A stretch of 64,000 nt of DNA from an archaeon (GTDB taxonomy: Archaea > Nanobdellota > Nanobdellia > Woesearchaeales > GW2011-AR15): assembly GCA_018657065.1 (NCBI GenBank), contig JABHXU010000017.1:43067-107066 (forward strand). Reading direction: 5' to 3'. Below, piece after piece: positions 21,701 through 29,733 of the stretch (position 1 is its first letter; every line of letters starts with the position of its first letter). A model generated the notes under the pieces. That model was not told where the DNA came from and searched no databases. It saw only the letters and a list, made by a program, of their open reading frames with translations. The translations under genes and the position numbers were made by a program.

Positions 21701-22295
21701 CATTGATGATAGATGTGATGATTGTATTGATCTAGATAAGGATGGTATTTGTGACCATGAAGATACTTGTCCAGATGTTTATAATCCAACAAACGTAGAT
21801 ACTGATGGAGATGGTGTAGGAAATGCTTGTGACTATGATAGAGATAATGATGGGTATGATGCATCAGTAGATTGTCATGATTGGGACAAAGATATTAATC
21901 CAGGTATGAAAGAAATTAAGGGAGACGGGAAAGATAATGACTGTGATCCACTAACTTCAGACAAAGAAATCAAAATTAGAAGTCAAGATTTATTGCTTGG
22001 AACAAAAATCATGAACGAAGACACAGCAATTGATGATAGAGAATTAAGAGTAGCTGTTTATGTCAAAAACAAAGGAAGTAAAACTGCTAAAAATATTAAA
22101 CTTAAAGCAACACTTCTAGATGAATATGTTTCTGACGAAACAATTATGCCAACTCTTAAAGCAGGAAAAACTAGTAGAGTAATCTTAAATATTCCTCTTT
22201 ATGGTGGAGTAATGCCAGATGAATACTACTTAAGAACTACATTAAGTGTTGAAACAGTAAAAAAAGCAAAATATAGTCAAGTGTTATTGCACTGA
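18741..22295 (+). CDS. Giant cysteine-rich repeat protein: thrombospondin type-3-like Ca-binding repeats + about 20 Myxococcus-type cysteine-rich repeats ([11 protein letters not shown]...DGC...C) + C-terminal CARDB-like domain
   Basis: 1184 aa. [38 protein letters not shown] (TSP3-like). Reiterated YCGDxI..[15 protein letters not shown](S/D)xxC units. TSP3-like repeats again near the C-terminus, then a beta-rich tail. No N-terminal signal peptide at the annotated ATG. Confidence 0.8.
   Translation: [1184 protein letters not shown]
19665..20048. repeat. Near-perfect tandem duplication, 2 x 192 bp, inside the cysteine-rich repeat gene
   Basis: 19665-19856 and 19857-20048 differ at about 5 nt. 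Both encode [64 protein letters not shown]. Confidence 0.8.
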
Positions 22296-22355
22296 TTATT
22301 TCTTTTTTATTTTTATTAATTTTTTTTTGATTTTTATAAATTATTTAAGTGCTCC

Positions 22356-23702
22356 TTAGAATTCTAAATTATCTAAAACTTGAGTTGCTTGTTTAATAAA
22401 ATCTTCTTCTTGATCTTTTGAAATAATTGCACCAGCAGCGTTTTTATGTCCACCACCTTCACCTTCAATTTCAGTTAATATTTCTTTAACAATATCTCTT
22501 AAATCAATGTCAAATTCTCCTTTTATTCTAACAGAGACTTTGGAATTGTCTTTATCTCTAGCCATTGAGATAATAATGGTTTTGTCATCTAGTTCTTTAT
22601 CATTTGAAATTATTGAAGCTAAGGTACCTATGATAGTTGGTCTAATATTGTTTTTTGCATTAATTAAAATATATTTTTTTGTTTTAATTATTTTATCTTC
22701 ATTGTCTTTGTACCATCTTAATGAATCGCTAACTTCTTTTCTATATTGAGCAACTGTTTCTAATGCTTTTGCTTTACTATATTTATCATTTAAACAAGCA
22801 CCAATACCATATGAAGCTTTATCAAGTCTTCCACAAGCATTTAATAATGTTGATAACTCTTTTAAATCTTTAAATTGGCCTTTGTCTTTTGTTATTAATC
22901 TTTCAGTAAAAATATCTTGAGGATTTTCTAATTCCTTTCTTTTCATAATTATTCCACTTATTAGTTTTTGTTTTTCTTCATCATTTAAATCAGCAAATGA
23001 TTTCCAATTTTCTCCAAGTTTTGGTTCAATTCCAATACTCTCTAAAAACATAACTGCATCAGATTCATTTTCAATTCCAGGGAGTTCAATATCACCATAA
23101 ATCATATTTCTAATTATTGGTCGAGATTCAATACCATACCAATTTAGAGTTTTTTCTTTTTTTAATAAACCTAAAGATAAAGCAATATCTAAGATCTCAT
23201 TATGTAAAGAAGAAAATTTTGTTTGAACATCTCCAATTGCACCTAAAATTGCTAAGTGAGATAAATCTTTATTTTTTGCATTTAAAGCTGTTGCAAATAA
23301 ATATACAACACCAGCGCCACTAATATCTTTTGATCCGTCAATACCATATTTATGAGGATTAATTAAAGTAATATTTTTTGGAATTTTTAACTTTTTATCA
23401 TATTCGTGATGGTCTAAAATAATAATTCTTTTTTCTGGAAAAAATTTAATTATATTTTCTAATTGTCCAGCACCTAAGTCTGTGAATATAAAGATATCAT
23501 AAACTTCTTTTTTTAGAATTTCAAGCTCTTCTTCACTTAATTGTTTAATAATTGATAAACAAAATAACTTGTTTTCTCGTTTCAAAGCTTTTGAAATAAT
23601 AGCAGCAGAAGTAATTCCATCAGTATCTAGATGAGAAATAACCCTAATAACATAATTTAGGTTTTTAATTTCTTTAGCAACTTGTGCTAATTCAGATTTC
23701 AT
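22356..23702 (-). CDS. DHH-family phosphoesterase, archaeal RecJ/GAN-like nuclease (DHH + DHHA1)
   Basis: VISHLDTDGITSAAI, ILDHH, and C-terminal GGGHKNAAGA are the DHH/DHHA1 motifs. Confidence 0.8.
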   Translation of the reverse strand: MKSELAQVAKEIKNLNYVIRVISHLDTDGITSAAIISKALKRENKLFCLSIIKQLSEEELEILKKEVYDIFIFTDLGAGQLENIIKFFPEKRIIILDHHEYDKKLKIPKNITLINPHKYGIDGSKDISGAGVVYLFATALNAKNKDLSHLAILGAIGDVQTKFSSLHNEILDIALSLGLLKKEKTLNWYGIESRPIIRNMIYGDIELPGIENESDAVMFLESIGIEPKLGENWKSFADLNDEEKQKLISGIIMKRKELENPQDIFTERLITKDKGQFKDLKELSTLLNACGRLDKASYGIGACLNDKYSKAKALETVAQYRKEVSDSLRWYKDNEDKIIKTKKYILINAKNNIRPTIIGTLASIISNDKELDDKTIIISMARDKDNSKVSVRIKGEFDIDLRDIVKEILTEIEGEGGGHKNAAGAIISKDQEEDFIKQATQVLDNLEF

Positions 23703-23753
23703 AATAAAATAAAAGAAATAAAAAGTAATTATAAACTTAATGTAAGTCTATTT

Positions 23754-24209
23754 TTACTCAATTAATAAACTAACTCTCTTAGGATTATAATTCCAATCTA
23801 AAGCTAATTTTCCTGAATTTTTATAGTATTTAATTAGTCTTCTAACTTTTGATTCTGTTAGTTGTAAACCTCTTTTAGCAACAACATCATGTTTGTTTTG
23901 TTCTAAGTGTTTTTGAAGTGCAACAATTCTTTTTAGAAGTGCTGTTAAATTTTCAGGTAAAGTAGGTAATAATTTTCTTTTTTCCAAAATGTCTGAAATT
24001 GATGATTTTGTAATTGATTTAACATCTGGGATACCGTATGTATCTCTTAAAACCATACCAATTTTTGAAGTGTCGTTCCCTTCTTTAGCGATTTTAACTA
24101 TTAAAAGTTCAACTTCTTTAGGTTTATAATTCATCCACGTATATTTTTCTTTTTTAAGTGGTTTTGTACTTCCTGATTTTCCTTTTTTTCTTGAATGCAT
24201 TCTTGCCAT
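23754..24209 (-). CDS. rps15: 30S ribosomal protein S15 (uS15, archaeal S15P/S13e type)
   Basis: 151 aa; the basic N-terminus and ...TESKVRRLIKYYK... S15 fold signature. Confidence 0.85.
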   Translation of the reverse strand: MARMHSRKKGKSGSTKPLKKEKYTWMNYKPKEVELLIVKIAKEGNDTSKIGMVLRDTYGIPDVKSITKSSISDILEKRKLLPTLPENLTALLKRIVALQKHLEQNKHDVVAKRGLQLTESKVRRLIKYYKNSGKLALDWNYNPKRVSLLIE

Positions 24210-24385
24210 GTTTAATACCTCTGGTATTCAACAATTGAAAATCTTTGATTTTCATATTATTAAATTACCTCATCTAGTTTTTAATTCATTAGGAGAATAA
24301 GCTTTTATCCTCCAGCATAACCATGTTTTTCAACAAAGTTATCTTTTGTTAGAGTCTAGGAGATAAAAGATATTTAAAAAGATTA

Positions 24386-24619
24386 CTAAAAATGAGCTAC
24401 TGTAGCTCCATCATTATTTGATGAAGTCATATTTTTTACATAATAAAGTTGATTTAGAAAAGACCTAACATAGTCTTTTAAGACTCCAGTACCATGACCA
24501 TGAATGATTGTTACTTCTAAAAATCCTTGATCATGAAAACTTTTTAGATTTTGTCTAAGAATTAAATTTGCTTCTTTTACTGTTTTTCCATGGATGTCAA
24601 TGACTGGCAGTTGCTGCAT
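24386..24619 (-). CDS. Smr-domain protein
   Basis: MQQLPVIDIHGKTVKEANLIL...VTIIHGHGTGVLK matches the Smr (DLHG...HGKG.G.L) motif. The track ORF extends 18 codons further upstream but would overlap the tRNA-Gln gene, so the internal ATG is preferred. Confidence 0.6.
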   Translation of the reverse strand: MQQLPVIDIHGKTVKEANLILRQNLKSFHDQGFLEVTIIHGHGTGVLKDYVRSFLNQLYYVKNMTSSNNDGATVAHF

Positions 24620-24634
24620 TTTTTTTAAAAAAAG

Positions 24635-24707
24635 TAGCCCCTCCAGGATTCGAACCTGGGTCCCCACCTCCAAAGGGTAGGATGATTGGCCACTACACTA
24701 AGGGGCT
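24635..24707 (-). tRNA. tRNA-Gln(TTG)
   Basis: Minus-strand AGCCCCTTAGTGTAGTGGCCAATCATCCTACCCTTTGGAGGTGGGGACCCAGGTTCGAATCCTGGAGGGGCTA. Acceptor A1-U72 (typical of archaeal tRNA-Gln); anticodon loop CTTTGGA; T arm CCAGG-TTCGAAT-CCTGG; discriminator A. Confidence 0.8.
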
Positions 24708-24787
24708 ATAGAAAGCAAAGAATTTCGGGTAATTTAAAAAAGTTTCTTTATGAAAAGAAAAAATAATTTAAAAGAAAAATACTATTT

Positions 24788-25990
24788 CTACTTTTTTCTT
24801 CTTACGTACTCTGCACCACCAAGTCCAAGTAAAGCAAGAGTGCCAACAGTTGCATAAAATTTCCAATCAAACCCTTGTTTTGGATCTCCCATTAATGCAT
24901 TTGCAGTGTTTGAATTTGAACTTGTAGCGGCTAGAGCATCTAAATAAGATTGGTTGCTAAGCAATAGTGAATCTTCACCACCCCAACCTGTTTGTAAGAA
25001 TTCTGGACCATATACAGTTTGGATTCTTTTTAATATCTCTGTTTGATCACATCCAATTTCAGGATTAACTACAAAATACAAACCATTAGAACCCCACCAT
25101 GGCTGATCAATTTTGAAAATTGTTTCAGCAGTTGAACCTTCTCCTCCAACATGAGCATCAATAGCTTTTTGAAGGAAATCTTGATGAGTTGATAATGATA
25201 AATTTTCCACTTTATTTGAGTGTCTTAAAACAGCTATATCATTATCTGGAAATTCCTCTCCAAATGGAACACCTAAATTATAAGTGGCTGCAGATTTAAT
25301 TTGGTTCTGTGTTGAATCACCTAAATAATTCTGGGCCCCTCCTTCAGAGTATAAATTAACATCTGTAACTTCAAATTGTGAGTTAAAAGCAGAGGATTCT
25401 ATTGAGTGATCTGTTCTTAATGCTTGACACATGTTGTCTGCTTGTTGATACGCACTAGCAGAAGCACTACTTGATTGTGATTGAAAATAACCTTTTGCAT
25501 TTTCAATCATTTGAGGTACACCCAAAGCATTTGCAGCAATTAAATCAAAACCTGCAAAATTTAAAGCTTGATATGCTGCAGGAGTCATTGTGAATGCAGC
25601 ATGGTTTGCAGCCATGTTTACTTTATTAGCAAGGCTTGTACCTTCCATAACTGCAAAATTTTTCATTGCGACAGCTTTTTCTTTAAAGCTTAAATCTTCT
25701 TGAGCTAGAAATTCTGCATATACTTCTCTTCTTACTTCATCTAAAGTTGTAGTAGCAAGACTTCCTCTAGCTAAATCATAAGTTTCATTAACTCTTTGAG
25801 GTAATTCTTGAAAAATAAATCTTAATTGACCTAGAGTAAAATACTCTGCCAATTGCACTGTCCCCCTAGCAACATTTCCAATTGCTCGACCAGTATTGAC
25901 TATCCAACCAGGCAAATTAAGTTCAATAGGTTGATGAGCATGAGTTTGATTCCAGGTTATTGCATCCATTTTAGCACTGGATAGTAACAA
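24788..25990 (-). CDS. Hypothetical A/Q/S-rich protein with C-terminal TM anchor and RRKK tail; visibly GC-richer than the surroundings
   Basis: 400 aa; C-terminus ...KFYATVGTLALLGLGGAEYVRRKK. No obvious N-terminal signal peptide. Codon usage differs from neighbours (more GCA/CAA/GGT and G/C third positions). Confidence 0.5.
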   Translation of the reverse strand: MLLSSAKMDAITWNQTHAHQPIELNLPGWIVNTGRAIGNVARGTVQLAEYFTLGQLRFIFQELPQRVNETYDLARGSLATTTLDEVRREVYAEFLAQEDLSFKEKAVAMKNFAVMEGTSLANKVNMAANHAAFTMTPAAYQALNFAGFDLIAANALGVPQMIENAKGYFQSQSSSASASAYQQADNMCQALRTDHSIESSAFNSQFEVTDVNLYSEGGAQNYLGDSTQNQIKSAATYNLGVPFGEEFPDNDIAVLRHSNKVENLSLSTHQDFLQKAIDAHVGGEGSTAETIFKIDQPWWGSNGLYFVVNPEIGCDQTEILKRIQTVYGPEFLQTGWGGEDSLLLSNQSYLDALAATSSNSNTANALMGDPKQGFDWKFYATVGTLALLGLGGAEYVRRKK

Positions 25991-26019
25991 CTATTATATA
26001 AATATTACTGAATTTATAA

Positions 26020-26775
26020 TTAAGAGAATAGTTTTAACATATCTTCCTCAATAAAATGAAGTTTTCCTGGAACTATTAAACAGTGCAACGGTTCTCCTAA
26101 GTCTTTTTTTAATAAGTCAGATAGTTTAGCATATTTTATTTTAAAATCAGGATTTCCTAGTTTTGAACATCCAATAAGTTTCATATCTTTAGAAATAATA
26201 TTTTCCTTTCTTTTGTCTTCAATTTCTAGTAATTGTTTTAATGCAATATCAACAGTCATATATTTGTTTAAATCTTTTTTAATATCGAGTAAAACTAATG
26301 TGTGAAGTCTTTGAGAAAGATTTTGTTTAATTACGTCATATGGAGTTTCTGGCGTAAAACTTTTTTCAAAAAAAGGCATTGATGTTGTTTTTCCAAATTT
26401 GTATAATTCGAGGCCAGTTTGACCTACAGCAGTAAGAATTGAAGTATTATGAATTATTTTTATTTCAATATTTTTTTCTTTTGCTCGTAAAAATATGTCT
26501 GTATGAGTTGTTGCTCCAAAAACATCGCCAACAACTAAAAACGCCACGTTTTTTAAAGTGGCTTTTTCTAAAATTTCTTCAGCTTTTTTTTCTACAATTT
26601 CTCTAGAAGCTAAAATAATATTTTTTTTATAAAACTCTTCTAGTTTTGAGACAGGAACATTTAGTTTAGATGTATAATCTTCCAAATAGATATATTCACA
26701 ATTTTTTATGGCTTCTAATCCTTTAATGGTTATGTCTTTTTCATCATTAAGACCGAGGCCAATCATATATAACAT
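26020..26775 (-). CDS. dph5: Diphthine synthase (tetrapyrrole-methylase fold)
   Basis: MLYMIGLGLNDEKDITIKGLEAIKNCEYIYLE...VAFLVVGDVFGATTH... is the conserved diphthine synthase N-terminus. Confidence 0.85.
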   Translation of the reverse strand: MLYMIGLGLNDEKDITIKGLEAIKNCEYIYLEDYTSKLNVPVSKLEEFYKKNIILASREIVEKKAEEILEKATLKNVAFLVVGDVFGATTHTDIFLRAKEKNIEIKIIHNTSILTAVGQTGLELYKFGKTTSMPFFEKSFTPETPYDVIKQNLSQRLHTLVLLDIKKDLNKYMTVDIALKQLLEIEDKRKENIISKDMKLIGCSKLGNPDFKIKYAKLSDLLKKDLGEPLHCLIVPGKLHFIEEDMLKLFS

Positions 26776-26880
26776 AAAAAGAAGGGAAAACTAGGTTACT
26801 TTTAATTATGTTGGTTCACCATCATAGACTAAATGCACATCAAAAAATTTGATTAATTTAGGAAATTTTTTAAAATTTAT

Positions 26881-26943
26881 AAAAAAAAAGAAATAAAAAT
26901 TGCCTCTATCGTAAAACTTCGGGGGTGATTTACAGATAGAGGC
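26881..26943 (-). terminator. Hairpin + T-run immediately 3' of ftsZ
   Basis: GCCTCTATC...GATAGAGGC is a 9-bp stem (26902-26943). On the ftsZ sense strand it is followed by aatttttatttcttttttttt. Confidence 0.4.
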
Positions 26944-27001
26944 AAGAAGGCACCACACAAAGACTAAGGGGTGATCTTGAGTTTATCTGCCTCCATGAGG
27001 C

Positions 27002-28090
27002 TTACCTGACAATTTCTATTCCTAATTCCTCAGAGACTTCTACCATCTCTCGGTTTGGTTGAGCATTGACAGATTTACCAAGTATCCATGGGCTTTTAAC
27101 ACCAGTAACAATGGTCATGACAGTTAATTTACCTTTCATTTCTTCCATTATTCTAGCTCCCCAGATAACATTGGCATCCTCATCGAGACTTTCTGTTACT
27201 AATTCTCCAATCTGATTTATTTCATCTAGAGTTAAATCTGGTCCTCCACATACATGAATTAAAGCTCCCGTTGCTCCTTCATAGTTTATATCTAATAGTG
27301 GATTACTTAAAGCACCTTTAACTGCTTCTTCAACTCTGTTGTTTGTATCTGATGCACCTACTCCAATAGCGGCTACACCACCGTTTGTCATAATTGCTTT
27401 TACATCTGCATAGTCTAAATTGACTAACGAAGGTAGAGCAATTGTTTCGACAATTCCTTTAATCATTGTTGCAATTAATTCATTTGCGACAGCAAAAGCT
27501 TGTCTAATTGGAAGATTTCCAGCAATTTGAACTAATCTATTGTTATCAATTACAATGACAGTATCACTAACTTTTCTTAATTGTTGTAGACCAAATTCTG
27601 CTTTGTCTACTCTTGCTCTTTCAATTTTAAAAGGCATAGTTACAGTTCCTATAACAATTGAACCTAGGTCTCTAGCAACTTCTGCAATAACGTGAGCAGC
27701 TCCTGTACCTGTTCCTCCACCCATTCCTGCACAAACAAATACCATGTCAGAACCTTTTAAAGATTCTTTAATATCATTCATTTGCTCTTGAGCAGATTCA
27801 GTTCCTCGTTCAGGGAAACCACCACAACCAAGTCCTCTTGTAGTTTCGCGTCCGATTAAGAATTTTCTATCAGCTTCAGTGACACTTAAATGTTGCATAT
27901 CAGTATTACATGCAATAATTTCTGCGCCTTTGACGCCTTTTTGGTAAAGCCAGTTTACCATGTTGTTACCAGCGCCACCAGCACCAATTACTTTAATTGT
28001 TGCTTGGTGGACTTCCATTCCATCAAAATTTTGATCCGAATTTTTTAATGCGTTGTCCACAACGAAATCCATTTTTTCTATACCCCCCAA
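27002..28090 (-). CDS. ftsZ: Cell division GTPase FtsZ
   Basis: GGGTGTGAAHVIAEVARDLG tubulin signature, NTDMQHL, and full-length conservation. Confidence 0.95.
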   Translation of the reverse strand: MGGIEKMDFVVDNALKNSDQNFDGMEVHQATIKVIGAGGAGNNMVNWLYQKGVKGAEIIACNTDMQHLSVTEADRKFLIGRETTRGLGCGGFPERGTESAQEQMNDIKESLKGSDMVFVCAGMGGGTGTGAAHVIAEVARDLGSIVIGTVTMPFKIERARVDKAEFGLQQLRKVSDTVIVIDNNRLVQIAGNLPIRQAFAVANELIATMIKGIVETIALPSLVNLDYADVKAIMTNGGVAAIGVGASDTNNRVEEAVKGALSNPLLDINYEGATGALIHVCGGPDLTLDEINQIGELVTESLDEDANVIWGARIMEEMKGKLTVMTIVTGVKSPWILGKSVNAQPNREMVEVSEELGIEIVR

Positions 28091-28371
28091 TGTTAATTGG
28101 TCTTTGCGTGTAGAGCATTATATGTATACTAAAGCATATAGTTTAAACAAGATAAATCTTTAAATACTTGTTTAAAGGTTACTCTACATTAGAATTAGCC
28201 GTTCGAAATCGTTTAGCCGACGATATTGTTCTTATTTTAGTCTATTAATAGTTGAAGCAATTATTAGCCGTAAAAACCCCAATACGTACATAAACTGTTT
28301 TCTAGTATTTAAACATAATTATATTGAGAAATATATTTTGTAGAATATAGTAAAAAATATTTTCTAAAGAT

Positions 28372-29067
28372 TTATTCTTTTTTTCTCTTCTGAATAATAT
28401 CTTTTGCAGCGTTTACAACACCACCAATAAGTCCACCAACTTTGTCAAATATAAGTGGGTTTTGCATAACTCTAGCGACGTTAGAGATCTTGTTTCCATA
28501 TTGCTCGAAGAAGGTTACATTTTCCATTGTGAAATGTGAAGGAGCAGGAACAATTTCATCAGGATATCCTATAGGAAGTACAGCTTGAGGTCTAACATGC
28601 CCAGGCATTCCAAGTATTCTTTTAAGCACATCTTCATCAAATGCTCCAACCCAGCAGCTTGCCATTCCAAGTGAATGAGTTGTTAAAAGCATATTTTGAA
28701 TTGAAGCAGATACATTTTGAACTGAGAAAAACATTTCTCCTCTTTTACCATAGAATCTTTTGATTTTTTCTGTATCACTACAAACAACAAGAAATACAGG
28801 TGCTTCAGCCATCCAAAGTTGCTGTTGACATACTTCTGCAATCTTTTTTCTAGCATCAGGATTTTTAACAATAATCATTCGCCAATTTTGTAAGTTTCCA
28901 GACGAGGGAGCATATCTTCCAGCGTCAATAATTACACCTAAAAGTTCCATAGGAATATCTTGAGAGGTGAACTTTCTGACAGATCGACGAGTAGCTATAG
29001 CTTCAAAGACAGTCATCTTAATTTGATCTGATAGACTCTTATCTTTAGGCTTTTTGTCTTGATCCAT
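28372..29067 (-). CDS. Nitroreductase-family flavoprotein
   Basis: TRRSVRKFTSQDIP...APSSGNLQNWRMIIV is the NADH/FMN nitroreductase fold signature. Confidence 0.75.
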   Translation of the reverse strand: MDQDKKPKDKSLSDQIKMTVFEAIATRRSVRKFTSQDIPMELLGVIIDAGRYAPSSGNLQNWRMIIVKNPDARKKIAEVCQQQLWMAEAPVFLVVCSDTEKIKRFYGKRGEMFFSVQNVSASIQNMLLTTHSLGMASCWVGAFDEDVLKRILGMPGHVRPQAVLPIGYPDEIVPAPSHFTMENVTFFEQYGNKISNVARVMQNPLIFDKVGGLIGGVVNAAKDIIQKRKKE

Positions 29068-29184
29068 AAAAAGTTCTTAGTCTATCTCCTTTAAATATTT
29101 TGTTATGGTCTTTATGTTTCAAAAATGAAACAGTGTTTCAAAAATGAAAAGATTTATATATTTCTCCTCTAATTAAAAAGAATT

Positions 29185-29715
29185 ATGGAACCTTCTCAAA
29201 TTCTTGAAAATCTTTTTGACAATAAGATCTTAAAAATCATTAAACACTTTTTAAAAAACGAGGATAAAGAATATTATTTAAGAGAAGTTTCTAGACATAC
29301 GAGGGTTTCCCCAGCATCAACATATAGAATTCTAAACAAACTTTATGCTATGGATTTACTTCTAATGCGTGAAATTAAAACAATGAAATTGTATAAATTA
29401 AATATTAACAAAAATGTTGAATTTATCAAATCAATTATGGAAATAGATGTTTTGCAATACTTTATTGAAAATATTTTAAGAATTCCAAATATTGAAGAAA
29501 TACTTTTACTAGGCCAAAAAGGTAAATCAAAATCAAATGTTTTGTTACTTGGAACTAATATTGATGTTGCAAGTTTAAAATTAATTATTGCAGAGATTAA
29601 ACAAAAGTATGATTATACAATCAATCAAATGTCTCTTTCTAAGGAACAATATGAACAAATGAGTTCAATGGGACTTTATCCAGGAAGTAAGAAAGTTTTG
29701 TATAAACGGGTTTAA
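29185..29715 (+). CDS. Winged-helix (ArsR/MarR-like) transcription regulator with C-terminal uncharacterised domain
   Basis: N-terminal ...KILKIIKHFLKNEDKEYYLREVSRHTRVSPASTYRILNKLYAMDLL... is HTH-like. Confidence 0.45.
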   Translation: MEPSQILENLFDNKILKIIKHFLKNEDKEYYLREVSRHTRVSPASTYRILNKLYAMDLLLMREIKTMKLYKLNINKNVEFIKSIMEIDVLQYFIENILRIPNIEEILLLGQKGKSKSNVLLLGTNIDVASLKLIIAEIKQKYDYTINQMSLSKEQYEQMSSMGLYPGSKKVLYKRV

Positions 29716-29733
29716 TTCATGAGCTCAAGTATT

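Noticed and set aside
19081-21864. Several His-rich ORFs on the minus strand inside the cysteine-rich repeat gene (19081-19398, 20101-20439, 21103-21396, 21679-21864, 20872-21060, 20731-20913)
   Set aside because: They are antisense/off-frame readings of the GAT/TGT/GGT-rich repeat DNA (ATC/ACA/ACC gives His/Asn/Tyr runs). They are fully contained in a strongly supported 1184-aa gene.
24386-24673. Longer Smr ORF starting at 24673
   Set aside because: The 5' 18 codons would overlap the tRNA-Gln gene on the same strand. The internal ATG at 24619 gives a typical Smr N-terminus.
26949-27001. GC-rich 3' UTR-like stretch downstream of ftsZ, considered as a C/D-box or other sRNA
   Set aside because: No RUGAUGA/CUGA box pairs or ACA tail could be found. 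The adjacent hairpin + T-run is adequately explained as the ftsZ terminator.
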